DNA of 64,000 nucleotides, taken from Candidatus Hydrothermarchaeum profundi. Its GTDB lineage: Archaea > Hydrothermarchaeota > Hydrothermarchaeia > Hydrothermarchaeales > Hydrothermarchaeaceae. The stretch covers positions 1,768,989 through 1,832,988 of the forward strand of contig MTMF02000009.1 in NCBI GenBank assembly GCA_002011125.2. Direction: 5' to 3'. Shown here one piece after another: positions 38,755 to 49,725 of the stretch. Below the pieces are notes generated by a model. It searched no databases, had not been told where the DNA came from, and worked only from the letters and a program-made list of their open reading frames with translations. A program made the translations under genes and the position numbers. How positions within the stretch are numbered: the stretch's first letter is position 1; every line of letters starts with the position of its first letter.

Positions 38755-39393
38755 ATGTATTGTAGAAGCTGCGGCGAGTATATTGAAGAAGGATGGAGAT
38801 ACTGCCCCAACTGCGGAGCGAAGATAGAGAAGGGAGTAGACATACTGGAGAGGTTCCCGAGCTTCTCACAGTTCGGCTCTCTCTTCAGAGACATAGAAGA
38901 AGAGTTCAGACGCATAGAGGAAATGTTCCGTAGCAGTTTTGGCGATTTTGAGAGGGAATTTGAGCCTCCAAGGGATCTATTTAAAAAGCCCTTCAAGGGA
39001 GGTGGAGTAAGTATTAGAATAACATCAGAGACGGGAAAAGAGCCAAAAATAGAGGTAAGGACCTTTGGTGACTATAAGGACCAAGAGCCCGAGATATTGA
39101 GAAGGTTCGGAATTGAGGAGCCGCGTAATAAGCGAGAGCGACCTAAGCCAAAGGTGACCGAAGAGCCTCAGACCGAAATGAAGAGGATAGAGGATAAGCT
39201 CATTGTTAAAATCAAGGTGCCGGGGGTTGAGTCCGAGGACGATGTAGAGCTGCGAAGAATGGAGGAATCTATTGAAGTTAAAGCATACGCTAAAGATAAA
39301 GCATATTTCACCCTTTTTACTGTGCCGCCAGGCTATAGGGTACTTTCAAAAAGGCTGGAGAATGGAGAGCTTATTTTAGAGTTAGGCGAGTAA
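38755..39393 (+). CDS. Zinc-ribbon-fused small heat-shock (Hsp20-like) protein
   Basis: YCRSCG...YCPNCG; F.DIEEEF..IEEMF; G.SI.I...GKEP.I...FG; EEP.TE; PGV; ENGEL.L.L. Confidence 0.8.
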   Translation: MYCRSCGEYIEEGWRYCPNCGAKIEKGVDILERFPSFSQFGSLFRDIEEEFRRIEEMFRSSFGDFEREFEPPRDLFKKPFKGGGVSIRITSETGKEPKIEVRTFGDYKDQEPEILRRFGIEEPRNKRERPKPKVTEEPQTEMKRIEDKLIVKIKVPGVESEDDVELRRMEESIEVKAYAKDKAYFTLFTVPPGYRVLSKRLENGELILELGE

Positions 39394-39646
39394 ATTTCGA
39401 AGAAAACCTTAAAAGAAGCTGAGAAATAAAAATAGAGTAGTGAATCCAGCTGATAAGCGTTTTGGAGGTTCATATTATTCCCAGGATAATCCTAGAGCTT
39501 GAGAGCCTCAGTAACTTTGCTTTCTATGATATTTTTTATAACATTAAACTCATTCTTACGAGATGATGGGAAGAACTACCAAAGCTGAGAAAAGAGTAAA
39601 GAAATTTCTAGAATTTTCTAGATTAATCATGGAGAACGTGAAGAAG

Positions 39647-39940
39647 TCAAGTGCATCCAGAAAGTCTAGTCGCCCCAATCGATAGGTCATAATTCTTGAA
39701 TCGGTATGTATCCTGCCTTATAACTTGTTTCAAAGTATGGTTTAACTCGAAATCTTTAATCCATTTACATAAGTATTTTAAATCTAATTCATTTAAAGTG
39801 GCTAGAGCTAAAATGTCGATCTTATCCTGATAGTTCTCCTTTATCATTATCCTAAATAATTTGCTAATAATTATATCCTCAGGTATAGCGACCTCACAAG
39901 CATTCCGAATATTCTCTTATTTTTAGCGTTTTTTAAAAAG
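39647..39940 (-). pseudogene. Broken nucleotidyltransferase (DUF6036/AbiEii-like) C-terminal remnant
   Basis: Two frames join to FLKNAKNKRIFGMLVR/AIPEDIIISKLFRIMIKENYQDKIDILAL...LDLKYL; no intact N-terminus; AT-rich. Confidence 0.5.
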
Positions 39941-39971
39941 CAGCCTACATGCATTTTATGGGAAATAAGAT

Positions 39972-39995
39972 ATTTCTAACCTTTTGTTATTAAAA
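39972..39995 (+). promoter_or_regulatory. Candidate heat-shock repressor (HSR1/Phr-type) operator upstream of grpE-dnaK-dnaJ
   Basis: CTAAC-CTTTT-GTTAT (39976-39990) matches the Archaeoglobus HSR1 palindrome CTAAC-N5-GTTAG at 9/10; the right arm GTTATTAAAA fits the Phr half-site GTnAnnAAAA. Confidence 0.55.
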
Positions 39996-40046
39996 TATTT
40001 TATCTCGTTAGATAGATTTGGTGATAATGACTTCTTGGTGATATTT

Positions 40047-40595
40047 ATGAGTAAACAGAAGAAGGATTCCAAAAGTAAAACTACTGCTCAGAAGGTACGA
40101 CCATCGGATAAAAAATCTCTAGAAAAGGAAATAGAGAAGATAAAGGCAAAACTCGAGGAAACCGAAAAAGCGGCAGAGGATTATCTAACTAAACTGAAAT
40201 ACCTGCAGGCAGAGTTTGAGAACTACAAAAAGATGGCTGACAGAGAAAGAGAAAAGATTATTCAATACGCTAACGAAGAACTTATAATAAAGCTCCTAGA
40301 TGTCTATGAGAACCTGGAAAGAGCCCTTGAAAGCGGGAAAAAATCCAACAACAAGGAAGCATTAATGAAAGGTGTCGAAATCACATATAACCAGCTTAAA
40401 GACATCCTCGAAAGAGAGGGCCTCAAGCCCATAAAAACGGTGGGAGAGAAGTTCGATCCATTCAAGCATGAAGCTGTAATGAAGGAGAATAAGGAGGACT
40501 GTGAGGAGGACATAATCTTAGAGGAATTTCAGAGGGGCTATATGTTGAAGGATAAAGTTATCCGATACTCAAAAGTCAAGGTTTGTAAGAGGTGA
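40047..40595 (+). CDS. grpE: Nucleotide exchange factor GrpE
   Basis: [39 protein letters not shown]. Confidence 0.96.
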   Translation: MSKQKKDSKSKTTAQKVRPSDKKSLEKEIEKIKAKLEETEKAAEDYLTKLKYLQAEFENYKKMADREREKIIQYANEELIIKLLDVYENLERALESGKKSNNKEALMKGVEITYNQLKDILEREGLKPIKTVGEKFDPFKHEAVMKENKEDCEEDIILEEFQRGYMLKDKVIRYSKVKVCKR

Positions 40596-40600
40596 TGATT

Positions 40601-42460
40601 ATGGCTGAGAAAAAAGAAAAGATAATAGGCATAGATTTAGGAACAAGTAACTCTGCCGCCGCAGTAATGATAGGTGGTAAACCTACTATAATCCCCAGCG
40701 CTGAAGGCGCTACCCTTTATGGTAAAGCTTTCCCCTCGGTCGTAGCTTTCACTAAAGATGGACAGATATTAGTAGGCGAGCCAGCAAGAAGACAAGCAGC
40801 TACTAACCCTGAGGGAACAATTATGGCCGCAAAGAGAAAGATGGGGACGGACTATAAGTTCAAGGTATTTGGAAAAGAATACACTCCCCAAGAGATTTCT
40901 GCATTCATCCTTCAGAAGATAAAGAGAGATTCAGAGGAATTCCTCGGAGAACCGGTAAAGAAAGCCGTGATAACTGTGCCAGCATACTTCAATGATAACC
41001 AGCGCCAGGCCACTAAAGATGCTGGCAGAATAGCGGGTCTAGATGTGGTTAGGATAATTAACGAGCCTACTGCAGCTGCATTGGCATATGGACTAGATAA
41101 ATCTGGAGAAGAGCTAAAAATAATGGTCTTCGACTTTGGAGGCGGGACTCTTGACGTGACGATAATGGAATTTGGAGAGGGCGTATTCGAGGTAAAATCA
41201 ACAAGCGGTGATACGCAGCTCGGTGGAACAGATATGGACATCGCATTGATGAACTATATAGCTGATGAATTCAAAAAAGAAACCGGGATCGACTTAAGAA
41301 ACGATGACACCGCAATGCAACGCCTTAGAGAAGCAGCCGAGAAGGCAAAAATAGAACTCTCTACGTTAGTGGAGACCGATATAAATCTACCATTTATAGC
41401 GGCAGATGAAAAAGGCCCGAAACACCTCCAAATGAAGCTCACAAGAGCTAAGCTCGAGGAACTCGTCAGACCCGTGGTCGAAAAATGCGGCAAGTCTATT
41501 CAAAGAGCCTTAGAAGACGCTAAACTCAAGCCAGAAGACATCAACAAAGTGATACTAGTAGGCGGGCCAACTAGGATGCCTATCGTTAGAGAATACGTGA
41601 AGAACTTTGTAGGAAAAGAGCCTGAAAGAGGTATCGATCCTATGGAATGCGTAGCCATAGGCGCTGCAATACAAGGCGCTGTTTTAGCCGGAGAGATTAA
41701 AGATATCCTACTGCTCGATGTCACCCCCTTATCACTAGGAATAGAGACTCTTGGAGGAGTATTCACGAAATTAATAGAGAGGAATACCACTATACCAGTT
41801 AAAAAGAGCCAGATATTCACTACAGCTGCAGATAACCAAACATCCGTAGAGATCCATGTCCTACAGGGAGAGAGACCAATGGCGGCAGATAATGTTTCGC
41901 TAGGACGCTTTCAATTAGTAGGTATCCCTCCGGCTCCGAGAGGCGTACCGCAAATCGAGGTAACCTTCGATATCGATGCCAACGGTATTCTAAACGTCTC
42001 CGCGAAGGACTTAGCTACAGGCAAGGAGCAGAAGATAACGATAACAGCCCCCCATAAGCTCTCTGAGGAGGAAATAAAGAAGAAAATAGAGGAGGCACAG
42101 AAATACGCAGAGGAAGATAAGAAGAGGAGAGAGGAGGCTGAACTACGGAATGAGGCTGACTCTCTCATATATACCTCAGAAAAAACTATCCAAGAACTTG
42201 GAGATAAGGTTCCATCTGATGTAAAGGAAAGAGTCGAAAAAGCAGTTAACGCTTTAAAGGAATCGCTGAAGGGCAAGGATATCGCGGATATCAAATCCAA
42301 GATTGAAGAGCTTAGGAAAGCGGTGCAAGAAATTGGCACTAGGGTCTACCAGCAAGCACAGGCACAGGCAGGCAGTGATAGCAAGAAAGACGAAGAAGGG
42401 AAAGAAAAGGAGAAGGTCGTAGATGCGGATTATGAAGTCGTCGATAAAGATAAGAAGTGA
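40601..42460 (+). CDS. dnaK: Chaperone DnaK (Hsp70)
   Basis: [54 protein letters not shown]. Confidence 0.98.
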   Translation: MAEKKEKIIGIDLGTSNSAAAVMIGGKPTIIPSAEGATLYGKAFPSVVAFTKDGQILVGEPARRQAATNPEGTIMAAKRKMGTDYKFKVFGKEYTPQEISAFILQKIKRDSEEFLGEPVKKAVITVPAYFNDNQRQATKDAGRIAGLDVVRIINEPTAAALAYGLDKSGEELKIMVFDFGGGTLDVTIMEFGEGVFEVKSTSGDTQLGGTDMDIALMNYIADEFKKETGIDLRNDDTAMQRLREAAEKAKIELSTLVETDINLPFIAADEKGPKHLQMKLTRAKLEELVRPVVEKCGKSIQRALEDAKLKPEDINKVILVGGPTRMPIVREYVKNFVGKEPERGIDPMECVAIGAAIQGAVLAGEIKDILLLDVTPLSLGIETLGGVFTKLIERNTTIPVKKSQIFTTAADNQTSVEIHVLQGERPMAADNVSLGRFQLVGIPPAPRGVPQIEVTFDIDANGILNVSAKDLATGKEQKITITAPHKLSEEEIKKKIEEAQKYAEEDKKRREEAELRNEADSLIYTSEKTIQELGDKVPSDVKERVEKAVNALKESLKGKDIADIKSKIEELRKAVQEIGTRVYQQAQAQAGSDSKKDEEGKEKEKVVDADYEVVDKDKK

Positions 42461-42465
42461 AGGCG

Positions 42466-43605
42466 ATGACAGCCAAAAAGGACTACTATGAAATCCTTGG
42501 GGTGCCTAGAAATGCTTCAAAAGAAGAGATCAAGAAAGCCTATCGAAGACTAGCTTTGAAATATCATCCTGACCGTAATAAATCTCCTGACGCTGAAGAG
42601 AAGTTTAAGGAGATCTCTGAGGCCTACGGAGTGCTTAGCGACGATGCTAAAAGAGCACAGTATGACAGATGGGGCCATGCCGGCATAGAGGGCAGATATA
42701 CGGCTGAGGACATATTTAGATCTATCAATTTCGATGATATTTTCGGTGACCTTGGATTCGACTTCGGATTTGACAGCATCTTTGACATGTTCTTTGGCAG
42801 AAGAAGATCCCAGAGAACAGGTCCAAGGAAAGGAGCTGACCTTAGGACTGACATAGAGATAACCCTCGAAGAGGCTTACCGAGGAGTAGAAACAACTGTG
42901 ACATATCCTCGATTAGAGAAATGCGGAGAATGTAATGGAAGCGGAGCTGAACCAGGAACAAGCCCTATAACCTGTCCTAACTGTGGTGGAAGCGGTCAAA
43001 CTAGTTACACAAAGAGAACCCCCTTCGGCCATTTCACTAGCGTAAGCACATGCGGAAGATGTGGAGGTAAAGGTACAATCATTGAAAAGCCGTGCAGAGA
43101 ATGCAAAGGATCAGGTGTAGTCCAGAGGAAGAGAAAAGTGCTGGTAAAGATACCTCCAGGAGTAGATGAGGGGTCAAGACTGAGAATCCCTGGAGAAGGT
43201 GAGGTAGGGGAAAATGGAGGCCCACCAGGCGATCTCTATGTAGTAGTGCATATAAAGCCCCACAAATTCTTCATTAGAGAAGGAGATGATATCCTCTGCG
43301 AGATTCCAATAACATTCAGCCAAGCAGCATTAGGGACCACTATAGAGGTTCCTACACTTGACGGCAAGGCAAAGCTTAAGATCCCTTCAGGAACACAGTC
43401 GGGGACAATTTTCAGGCTGAGAGGGAAAGGTATGCCCAGCTTAAAAGGATACGGCAGAGGCGACCAGCATGTTAGAGTGATCGTTAAAACACCAACAAAA
43501 CTTACAAGAAAGCAGAGAGAACTCTTCGAAGAACTTGCTAAAATCGAGAATGATCAGGGGATAATCTCTAGGGTGATAAATGCATTCACCAGCCCAAGGA
43601 GTTAA
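42466..43605 (+). CDS. dnaJ: Chaperone DnaJ
   Basis: J-domain with HPD, G/F region, four CxxCxGxG repeats. Confidence 0.98.
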   Translation: MTAKKDYYEILGVPRNASKEEIKKAYRRLALKYHPDRNKSPDAEEKFKEISEAYGVLSDDAKRAQYDRWGHAGIEGRYTAEDIFRSINFDDIFGDLGFDFGFDSIFDMFFGRRRSQRTGPRKGADLRTDIEITLEEAYRGVETTVTYPRLEKCGECNGSGAEPGTSPITCPNCGGSGQTSYTKRTPFGHFTSVSTCGRCGGKGTIIEKPCRECKGSGVVQRKRKVLVKIPPGVDEGSRLRIPGEGEVGENGGPPGDLYVVVHIKPHKFFIREGDDILCEIPITFSQAALGTTIEVPTLDGKAKLKIPSGTQSGTIFRLRGKGMPSLKGYGRGDQHVRVIVKTPTKLTRKQRELFEELAKIENDQGIISRVINAFTSPRS

Positions 43606-43653
43606 GATTAATATTTATCATTAAATAAAAATCTAATAGGAGGTGCAGGAAAA

Positions 43654-45318
43654 ATGGCTGCACAAATGGGAGGACAACCGGTATATATACTGCAGGAGGG
43701 TACCCAAAGATTTACTGGTAGAGATGCGAGAAGGATGAATATAACAGCCGGTAAAGTAGTGGCCGAAGCCGTGAAAAGCACCTTGGGACCAAAAGGTATG
43801 GATAAAATGCTTGTAGACTCCTCGGGGGACATTCTTATAACCAACGACGGCGCGGCCATACTGAAGGAGGTCGAAGTTAAACACCCTGCAGCCAAGATGA
43901 TGGTAGAGATAGCTAAGACTGTGGAAACCGAGGTAGGCGATGGGACAACTAGCTCAGTCGTATTAGCAGGCGAACTTCTAAAGAAGGCTGAGGACCTGCT
44001 AGATCAAGACATCCATGCCACAGTGATAGCGAGAGGTTACAGGATGGCGGAAGAAGAGGGGGTAAATATCCTTTCAAAAATCAGCAAAAAAGTAGACCCT
44101 GCAGACGAGGCTATACTAGAGAAAGTTGCTTTAACAGCATTGAACTCAAAAGCGTCAGGAATAACTGCACGTGAGCATCTAGCGAAGCTAGCGGTACAAG
44201 CTGTGAAGAAAGTTGCGGAGAAAAGTGATGGAACCTTTAATGTGGATAAAGCAAACATCAAGATTCAAAAAGTTGTAGGAGGGTCTACCCGCGACTCAGA
44301 GTTGGTTGAAGGTATAGTGATAGACAAAGAAATAGCTCACTCCGGCATGCCTAGAGTAGTGAAGAACGCGAAAATAGCTATTCTAAATACCGAGCTGAAA
44401 GTCAAGAAGACTGAGACGGATGCAAAGTTCAATATTACCTCGCCTGAGCAGGTTAAGAAGTTCATGGACGAGGAAGAGGAGACTGTCAAGAATATGGTAA
44501 AGGCAATAGCAGCTACAGGGGCTAACTGCGTGCTATGCCAGAAAGATATAGAGGTTCTAGCCCAGTATTACCTAGCGAAGGAGAACATACTAGCGGTCAA
44601 GAGTATAAGCGAGAAAGATATAAAGCTTATATCCAGAGCTACCGGAGGAAAAATAATCACCAATATCAAGGACATATCCTCCAAGGACCTAGGAAAAGCA
44701 GGCAAAGTAGAGGGGAAGAAAATCGGGGGTAAAGAATTCGTGTTCATAGAGGACTGTGAGAATCCAAAGGCCCTAACAGTGCTCTTGAAGGGCGGCTCAG
44801 AGCATGTCGTTGACGAATCAGAGAGGAGCATGGATGATGCTATAAGCGTGGTTAAAGATGTTGCCGAAGACGGTACTGTGCTGCCAGGTGGAGGAGCTGC
44901 GCTAATGGAGGTTTCAATGCGCTTGAAAGACTTTTCAAATACGATTAGCGGCAGAGAACAGCTAGCCGTCTTAGAGTTCGCTAACGCCTTAGAGAAGATA
45001 CCAAGGACTATCGCCGAGAATGCAGGACTAGATCCGATAGACACTATTATCGCCCTGCGAGCTTCCCATGAGAAGGGAGGACTAGAGGAGGGTATAGACC
45101 TAGCTACAGGAGAACCTAGAAACATGTACGAGCTAGGCATCGTTGAGCCAGGGAAAATGGTCAAGCAGGTCATAAGGTCTGCTACCGAAGCTGCTATAAT
45201 GATACTGCGGATAGATGATGTCATCGCTGCAAAAGGCAGCCTAGGAGAAGAAGAGGAAGAAAAAAAGGAGTCAGAACTCCCGAAAGGGCGTAAGAGACCA
45301 CAGATGCCTTCCTACTAA
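43654..45318 (+). CDS. Thermosome subunit (group II chaperonin)
   Basis: STLGPKGMDKML, ITNDG, GDGTTS, PGGGA, LRIDDVI. Confidence 0.96.
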   Translation: MAAQMGGQPVYILQEGTQRFTGRDARRMNITAGKVVAEAVKSTLGPKGMDKMLVDSSGDILITNDGAAILKEVEVKHPAAKMMVEIAKTVETEVGDGTTSSVVLAGELLKKAEDLLDQDIHATVIARGYRMAEEEGVNILSKISKKVDPADEAILEKVALTALNSKASGITAREHLAKLAVQAVKKVAEKSDGTFNVDKANIKIQKVVGGSTRDSELVEGIVIDKEIAHSGMPRVVKNAKIAILNTELKVKKTETDAKFNITSPEQVKKFMDEEEETVKNMVKAIAATGANCVLCQKDIEVLAQYYLAKENILAVKSISEKDIKLISRATGGKIITNIKDISSKDLGKAGKVEGKKIGGKEFVFIEDCENPKALTVLLKGGSEHVVDESERSMDDAISVVKDVAEDGTVLPGGGAALMEVSMRLKDFSNTISGREQLAVLEFANALEKIPRTIAENAGLDPIDTIIALRASHEKGGLEEGIDLATGEPRNMYELGIVEPGKMVKQVIRSATEAAIMILRIDDVIAAKGSLGEEEEEKKESELPKGRKRPQMPSY

Positions 45319-45324
45319 ACAAAT

Positions 45325-45366
45325 GCCCTCCTCTAGCTGAGGGGGCGGTCTTTTTCTAGTTTTTTC
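45325..45366 (+). terminator. GC hairpin plus T tracts after the chaperone cluster
   Basis: GCCCTCCTC-TAGCT-GAGGGGGC followed by TTTTTCTAGTTTTTTT. Confidence 0.55.
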
Positions 45367-45406
45367 CAGAAAATTATTAAAACATTATAGCACTATTCTG
45401 TTTGAT

Positions 45407-46444
45407 ATGCCATCGATTTTCTTCGATTTAGAGGGGCCTTTATCACCCCAGGATAATGCTTACGAGGTCCTTGGCCTAGCTCCAGAGGGAGCTAAGGTCT
45501 TTGAAGTTATAAGCAGATATGACGATATGCTCACCTTAGAGGGCAGGGCAAACTACGAGCCTGGAGACACTCTAAAACTGATTGTTCCTTTCCTTATACT
45601 TCACAGAATCTCTGAGAAAGACATCATTAATGTGTCGAAAAAAGCTAAGATAGTACCGGGTGCAAGGGAACTTATATCGGTTCTGCATGAGAGGGGCTGG
45701 AATGTATTCATAATATCAACGAGCTACCAGCAACATGCCTATAATGTCGCTTCTCAGGTAGGTGTGAATAGGGAGAGAGTCGCATGTACAAAGATGCCCT
45801 TAAATAGATATGTTTCTGAGCTGGCAAATGAGGACCTAGAGATCGTTAGAGAAATGGAAGAGAGGATACTAGAAGACCTATATTACGAGAAAGACGGAAA
45901 GAGAGTGGTTAGGGAATTGGATGATTTCTTCTTTAAAAAACTAAGAAGCACAAAGCTAGGCGAGATTTTTAGCGAGGTTACCGTGGTAGGTGGAAGCAGG
46001 AAAGTCGCTGCCCTAAAGAGATTTTATGATAAAGACGACTTAAGCGGAGTAGTGGCTATAGGAGATAGTATAACGGATTATAAGATGCTTGACGCGGTAA
46101 AGCAGGGAGGAGGCCTAGCAATAGCCTTTAATGGGAACGAGTATTCTATACCTTACTCCAGCGTTGCGATAGCAAGTGTAGACCAGAGATTCTCCCTTCC
46201 CCTACTAGATGCCTTTGAAAGAGGAGGCAAGGAAAAAGCAGTACAGTTCGCTTTAAAACTCGAGAAAACAGATCCAAAAGAGATAGTAGAAATAATGGAC
46301 GAGAATATAGCTAGTGGCATCCTGACGCATCCGCCCAGGTATCACTGCATAGAAGGAGTCAATAGGGATAAGATACAGAGCGTAATAAGCATACATAAGG
46401 AATACCGAATGCTGGTTAGAGGAGAAGCAGGCAAGCTCGGATAA
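45407..46444 (+). CDS. HAD-like protein, EhaR/COG4030 family
   Basis: FDLEGPLSPQDNAYE, SRYDD.L, Y.PGDTLKL, IISTSY, IGDSITD, AFNGN.Y. Confidence 0.78.
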   Translation: MPSIFFDLEGPLSPQDNAYEVLGLAPEGAKVFEVISRYDDMLTLEGRANYEPGDTLKLIVPFLILHRISEKDIINVSKKAKIVPGARELISVLHERGWNVFIISTSYQQHAYNVASQVGVNRERVACTKMPLNRYVSELANEDLEIVREMEERILEDLYYEKDGKRVVRELDDFFFKKLRSTKLGEIFSEVTVVGGSRKVAALKRFYDKDDLSGVVAIGDSITDYKMLDAVKQGGGLAIAFNGNEYSIPYSSVAIASVDQRFSLPLLDAFERGGKEKAVQFALKLEKTDPKEIVEIMDENIASGILTHPPRYHCIEGVNRDKIQSVISIHKEYRMLVRGEAGKLG

Positions 46445-46459
46445 TATTGGATTAAAATC

Positions 46460-46708
46460 ATGAAATATTCAAAAATAACATGCCGGATAGAAACCGACAA
46501 TAGAAAGAAAGTAGAGGAACTAGTCTCCCGCGGTCTTTTCAAAAACATGTCAGAATTTTACAGACTAGCTATAAATAGGCTGCTCAGAGAGATCGCAGAA
46601 TACGAAAAAGCTAGGAAAAATGAAAAGAGAAAAGCACTGCAGAGGCCCGACCTCAAGATAGAGGAAAACATGAAAGACATCGCCAAGTTCGTAGATGACC
46701 TCTTCTAA
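46460..46708 (+). CDS. Ribbon-helix-helix (CopG/Arc-like) DNA-binding protein
   Basis: KITCRI...KVEELVSRGLFKNMSEFYRLAINRLL pattern. Confidence 0.78.
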   Translation: MKYSKITCRIETDNRKKVEELVSRGLFKNMSEFYRLAINRLLREIAEYEKARKNEKRKALQRPDLKIEENMKDIAKFVDDLF

Positions 46709-48105
46709 CTTACCGTCCAATTTTGATCTAAATACCCGCCAATCCGTGAAGAGTCAAGCGGCCCAACCATTACCTCCCAGCCAGTGGCTTCCTCTATTTC
46801 ACCGCTTATCCTAGCAGCCATGCCGGGGATTATTATTTTCCTGTGCTTTACGAGGTCTTTAACTTTTGATGAAACTATCACATCCTTAACAAGACTAGCG
46901 GTGAGCTTACCACCTGCCATAGCCGGCTCTACCGCAAGACCTTCTGTGTCAACCACAATAAGATGGCAGTCCACCTTAGATGCCTCCAGGTCAGCCGCCA
47001 CAGTATAATAGGTTAAAGCAAAATTCGTAGTCATAAGCACAGGAGACTCCTCATCCGGGTTCCCTATAGTATACACGCCCGGATCAACCTGTATAGGTAC
47101 TCTCGGATCCGTATAGATGTTCTGTCTCAGAGTTAAAATTGGGAGAATAGACCAAGTCTCCAAAGAATGAAGTATAAGGATATCGCAGTATCTAAGCATC
47201 TGAGTTGCAGCTAAGGTCGCCTCCATCATAGACGCTTTAACATCGTCCTTCTCAATCTGCCAAGCAACCATGGGTACTCCTATCAAAGGGAATCCAACCA
47301 GGTTAAGGTTTCTCTCAATTGCCATTCGCCTTAGTGCAGCAAGGTTTTCCAGCATCTGCCCATATCTATCACCGAGAGGATAACTTCCTATATCTAAGAC
47401 GAGTTCGCTTAGACCCATATCTAATAGATCCTGAGATAGATCTAAAAGTCCTTGCATATCCCCCGGAGACGATGCTACCAAAGGACACTTATGATCCAAT
47501 GCTAGCTTCCCTACCTTCTCCCAATTATCCCTAGTAGCTGCATAGATTAAAGGCCTCCTATCAACTGCTATCTCCAGAGCAATCTCAAGAAGCTCAGGAT
47601 CTAGAGCACATATCGCAAGGGGCAGATCCGTTCTCTCCATTACTGAAAGCACTACCTCGCCAAACTTAGTAGGATCCCCGCTTCTAGACCTTATGGCGAC
47701 TCCATTTAACCTTAGATCCTGTCCAATACGTGTTATAATGAAATGATCTATTCTAGTAATCCTCTCCGATATCTCGTCACTGGACATCTCATCATGAACG
47801 TCAAAGAAAAGCGCAGTAGGATTAAAGTAGGTGAGCTCATGCCTATACATCACCTCCTCCCCACCGATCTTTACTGCTTTACTACCACTTCCTATCACGA
47901 TCTCCTTCACTGGAGGAGTCAGTATTGCCTCTAGTTTTTTCCTCTTATCTCTATATTTCTCATCTAAGAGAGGATGACAATCCTCAATAGTGCGCTTCCT
48001 TTCTATAAGTGCAGAAGCAAACGCCATACAGCTCACTTCACCGCACTCCTTACAGTTAGTTCCGGGAAGAAGCCTATAAATTTCCATGGGGGATACTTTT
48101 GCCAT
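46705..48105 (-). CDS. cdhE: Acetyl-CoA decarbonylase/synthase gamma subunit (corrinoid Fe-S protein large subunit)
   Basis: LPGTNCKECG..SCMAFA, GGEEVMYRHE, LRQNIYTDP, TTNFALTY, IIPGMAA; start ATG 48105 behind GAGGTGG. Confidence 0.95.
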   Translation of the reverse strand: MAKVSPMEIYRLLPGTNCKECGEVSCMAFASALIERKRTIEDCHPLLDEKYRDKRKKLEAILTPPVKEIVIGSGSKAVKIGGEEVMYRHELTYFNPTALFFDVHDEMSSDEISERITRIDHFIITRIGQDLRLNGVAIRSRSGDPTKFGEVVLSVMERTDLPLAICALDPELLEIALEIAVDRRPLIYAATRDNWEKVGKLALDHKCPLVASSPGDMQGLLDLSQDLLDMGLSELVLDIGSYPLGDRYGQMLENLAALRRMAIERNLNLVGFPLIGVPMVAWQIEKDDVKASMMEATLAATQMLRYCDILILHSLETWSILPILTLRQNIYTDPRVPIQVDPGVYTIGNPDEESPVLMTTNFALTYYTVAADLEASKVDCHLIVVDTEGLAVEPAMAGGKLTASLVKDVIVSSKVKDLVKHRKIIIPGMAARISGEIEEATGWEVMVGPLDSSRIGGYLDQNWTVS

Positions 48106-48115
48106 GAATCCACCT

Positions 48116-48583
48116 CTAAACGAACTCAATAGCATTTAAGGGACATGACTCTATGCAGACGCTACAAGGCCTATTCTCGGCATCCTCCTCAAAGCGCCTG
48201 CAAATCCTGAGATTGCATATCTCAACCTTACCATTAGCTATTTTCATTATAATCTCCCTAGTAGTGGGTCCTTTTCCGCCAGAAACGTCAAGGCTTACAG
48301 ATACATTAGGAGGGCATGCCACGACGCAGTTCCCGCATCCGTTACATAGGTCCTCATGGATAATCATGCGTGTTTCCTTAACTTCATGAAGCTTACCAGC
48401 TAACTCTTTTAATGCTATCCTTTGCTTAATATATTTTGGATTCTTAAGCACTACACACTGATCTAGGTAGGCCTTCTTTCCGGCCATCTTTACTGCAAAC
48501 GCCATGCAGTTTGGGAAACCGCATTTCCCACAGTTTTTCTCCTTAGGTAAGAGCTTATAAATATCCATTGGAGATATCGTCAT
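48116..48583 (-). CDS. Fe-S protein: N-terminal CdhE-type FeS domain + FwdG-like ferredoxin
   Basis: LLPK.KNCGKCGFPNCMAFA; CNGCGNCVVACP...GGKGP; C-x11-CSVCIESCP. Confidence 0.8.
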   Translation of the reverse strand: MTISPMDIYKLLPKEKNCGKCGFPNCMAFAVKMAGKKAYLDQCVVLKNPKYIKQRIALKELAGKLHEVKETRMIIHEDLCNGCGNCVVACPPNVSVSLDVSGGKGPTTREIIMKIANGKVEICNLRICRRFEEDAENRPCSVCIESCPLNAIEFV

Positions 48584-49725
48584 ATCTTCAACCAATCCTC
48601 ATACTTGAATTCCGGAGAATCAACTTCTCCAGACTTAGAACTAATCACATTCTTAACTATATTAACCGCTGTTGGATGAAGCATCATCATAACATCAGCG
48701 CCAGCGCTCAGCACAGTAAGCGCAGTAATCGTCTCCCATAATGGACCCCGGTATTCTCTAGGACCCCACCTAGGCTCATTCATCCATGCCTCTCTGGCAG
48801 CCCAAGCATTAGTTACACCGCAGGATATAGGATTTTGCAGATCCTCATCGCCCTTAAGGGCACTATCCTTCATTCTCTCTATAAGCGTGAAGGTGTATTC
48901 AATACCATATCCCAGAGCGCCTGTAGTCGGATCCATCACCATTCTTTCCTTAGGCAGCCCACACTCAAGTAGAAGCTTGTTTAATGTTTTTTGATCATTT
49001 ATATCCATTGAAGTCCACGAGAGGACATTATGCCCGTACTTGTTAGCTGCTTCAACTACCCTCTTATAGTCGAGATCAAGATTCGCAGAAGCTATTAAAC
49101 ACATTTCTCCCTCAGCAACCTCTGCTGCCTTCTCGAAGACAAGAGGATCCTTCTCAGGGTTCCCTGAGCCACCGATGACTAAGGGCACCTTTACCGCTTG
49201 TAGAACCTCCTCTACAGTCTTTGCAGCCTCTCGAGGAGAGGTATCTTTAATCTTTGGGTCAGTGGAAATAAGATGAATAGTTATCATATCGGCTCCCCTT
49301 TTTACAGCCTCCTTAGCCCACTCTGCAGGGGAACTCCAATAATCCTGCCAGACCTCTCGGAGTGCTTTGGCGAAGCTAGGCATTTCCAAATCGAATACGT
49401 CATAGCTTACCACGGGGCGGTTTTTGTGTCCTCCCTCATACTGGTATAAGGTTGTCTGTCCACCTATCTTCACCACTTTCTCTCTAGTTCCACCCTCACT
49501 CCTCGTAGCTCCTATCTGCACTTCAGCGATTGAACCTTTATACTCTTTTATCGGATGCTCAAATTTTATCCGCTCTTTTTCTTTAAGCACCTTCTTAGCC
49601 CTTGGAATAAACATTGGGGGACTCTGCTTTAACTCTAATATAAGCTCGTCAACATCTATTTCGACATTATCTAATTCCAATTCTTCCGCATCTACAAGAG
49701 ACGAAATTAAATCCTCAAGCCTCAT
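48580..49725 (-). CDS. cdhD: Acetyl-CoA decarbonylase/synthase delta subunit (corrinoid Fe-S protein small subunit)
   Basis: IHLISTDP, IGGSGNPEKD, MDPTTGALGYGIEY, NAWAAREAW, RGPLWE, MMLHP. Confidence 0.95.
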   Translation of the reverse strand: MRLEDLISSLVDAEELELDNVEIDVDELILELKQSPPMFIPRAKKVLKEKERIKFEHPIKEYKGSIAEVQIGATRSEGGTREKVVKIGGQTTLYQYEGGHKNRPVVSYDVFDLEMPSFAKALREVWQDYWSSPAEWAKEAVKRGADMITIHLISTDPKIKDTSPREAAKTVEEVLQAVKVPLVIGGSGNPEKDPLVFEKAAEVAEGEMCLIASANLDLDYKRVVEAANKYGHNVLSWTSMDINDQKTLNKLLLECGLPKERMVMDPTTGALGYGIEYTFTLIERMKDSALKGDEDLQNPISCGVTNAWAAREAWMNEPRWGPREYRGPLWETITALTVLSAGADVMMMLHPTAVNIVKNVISSKSGEVDSPEFKYEDWLKI

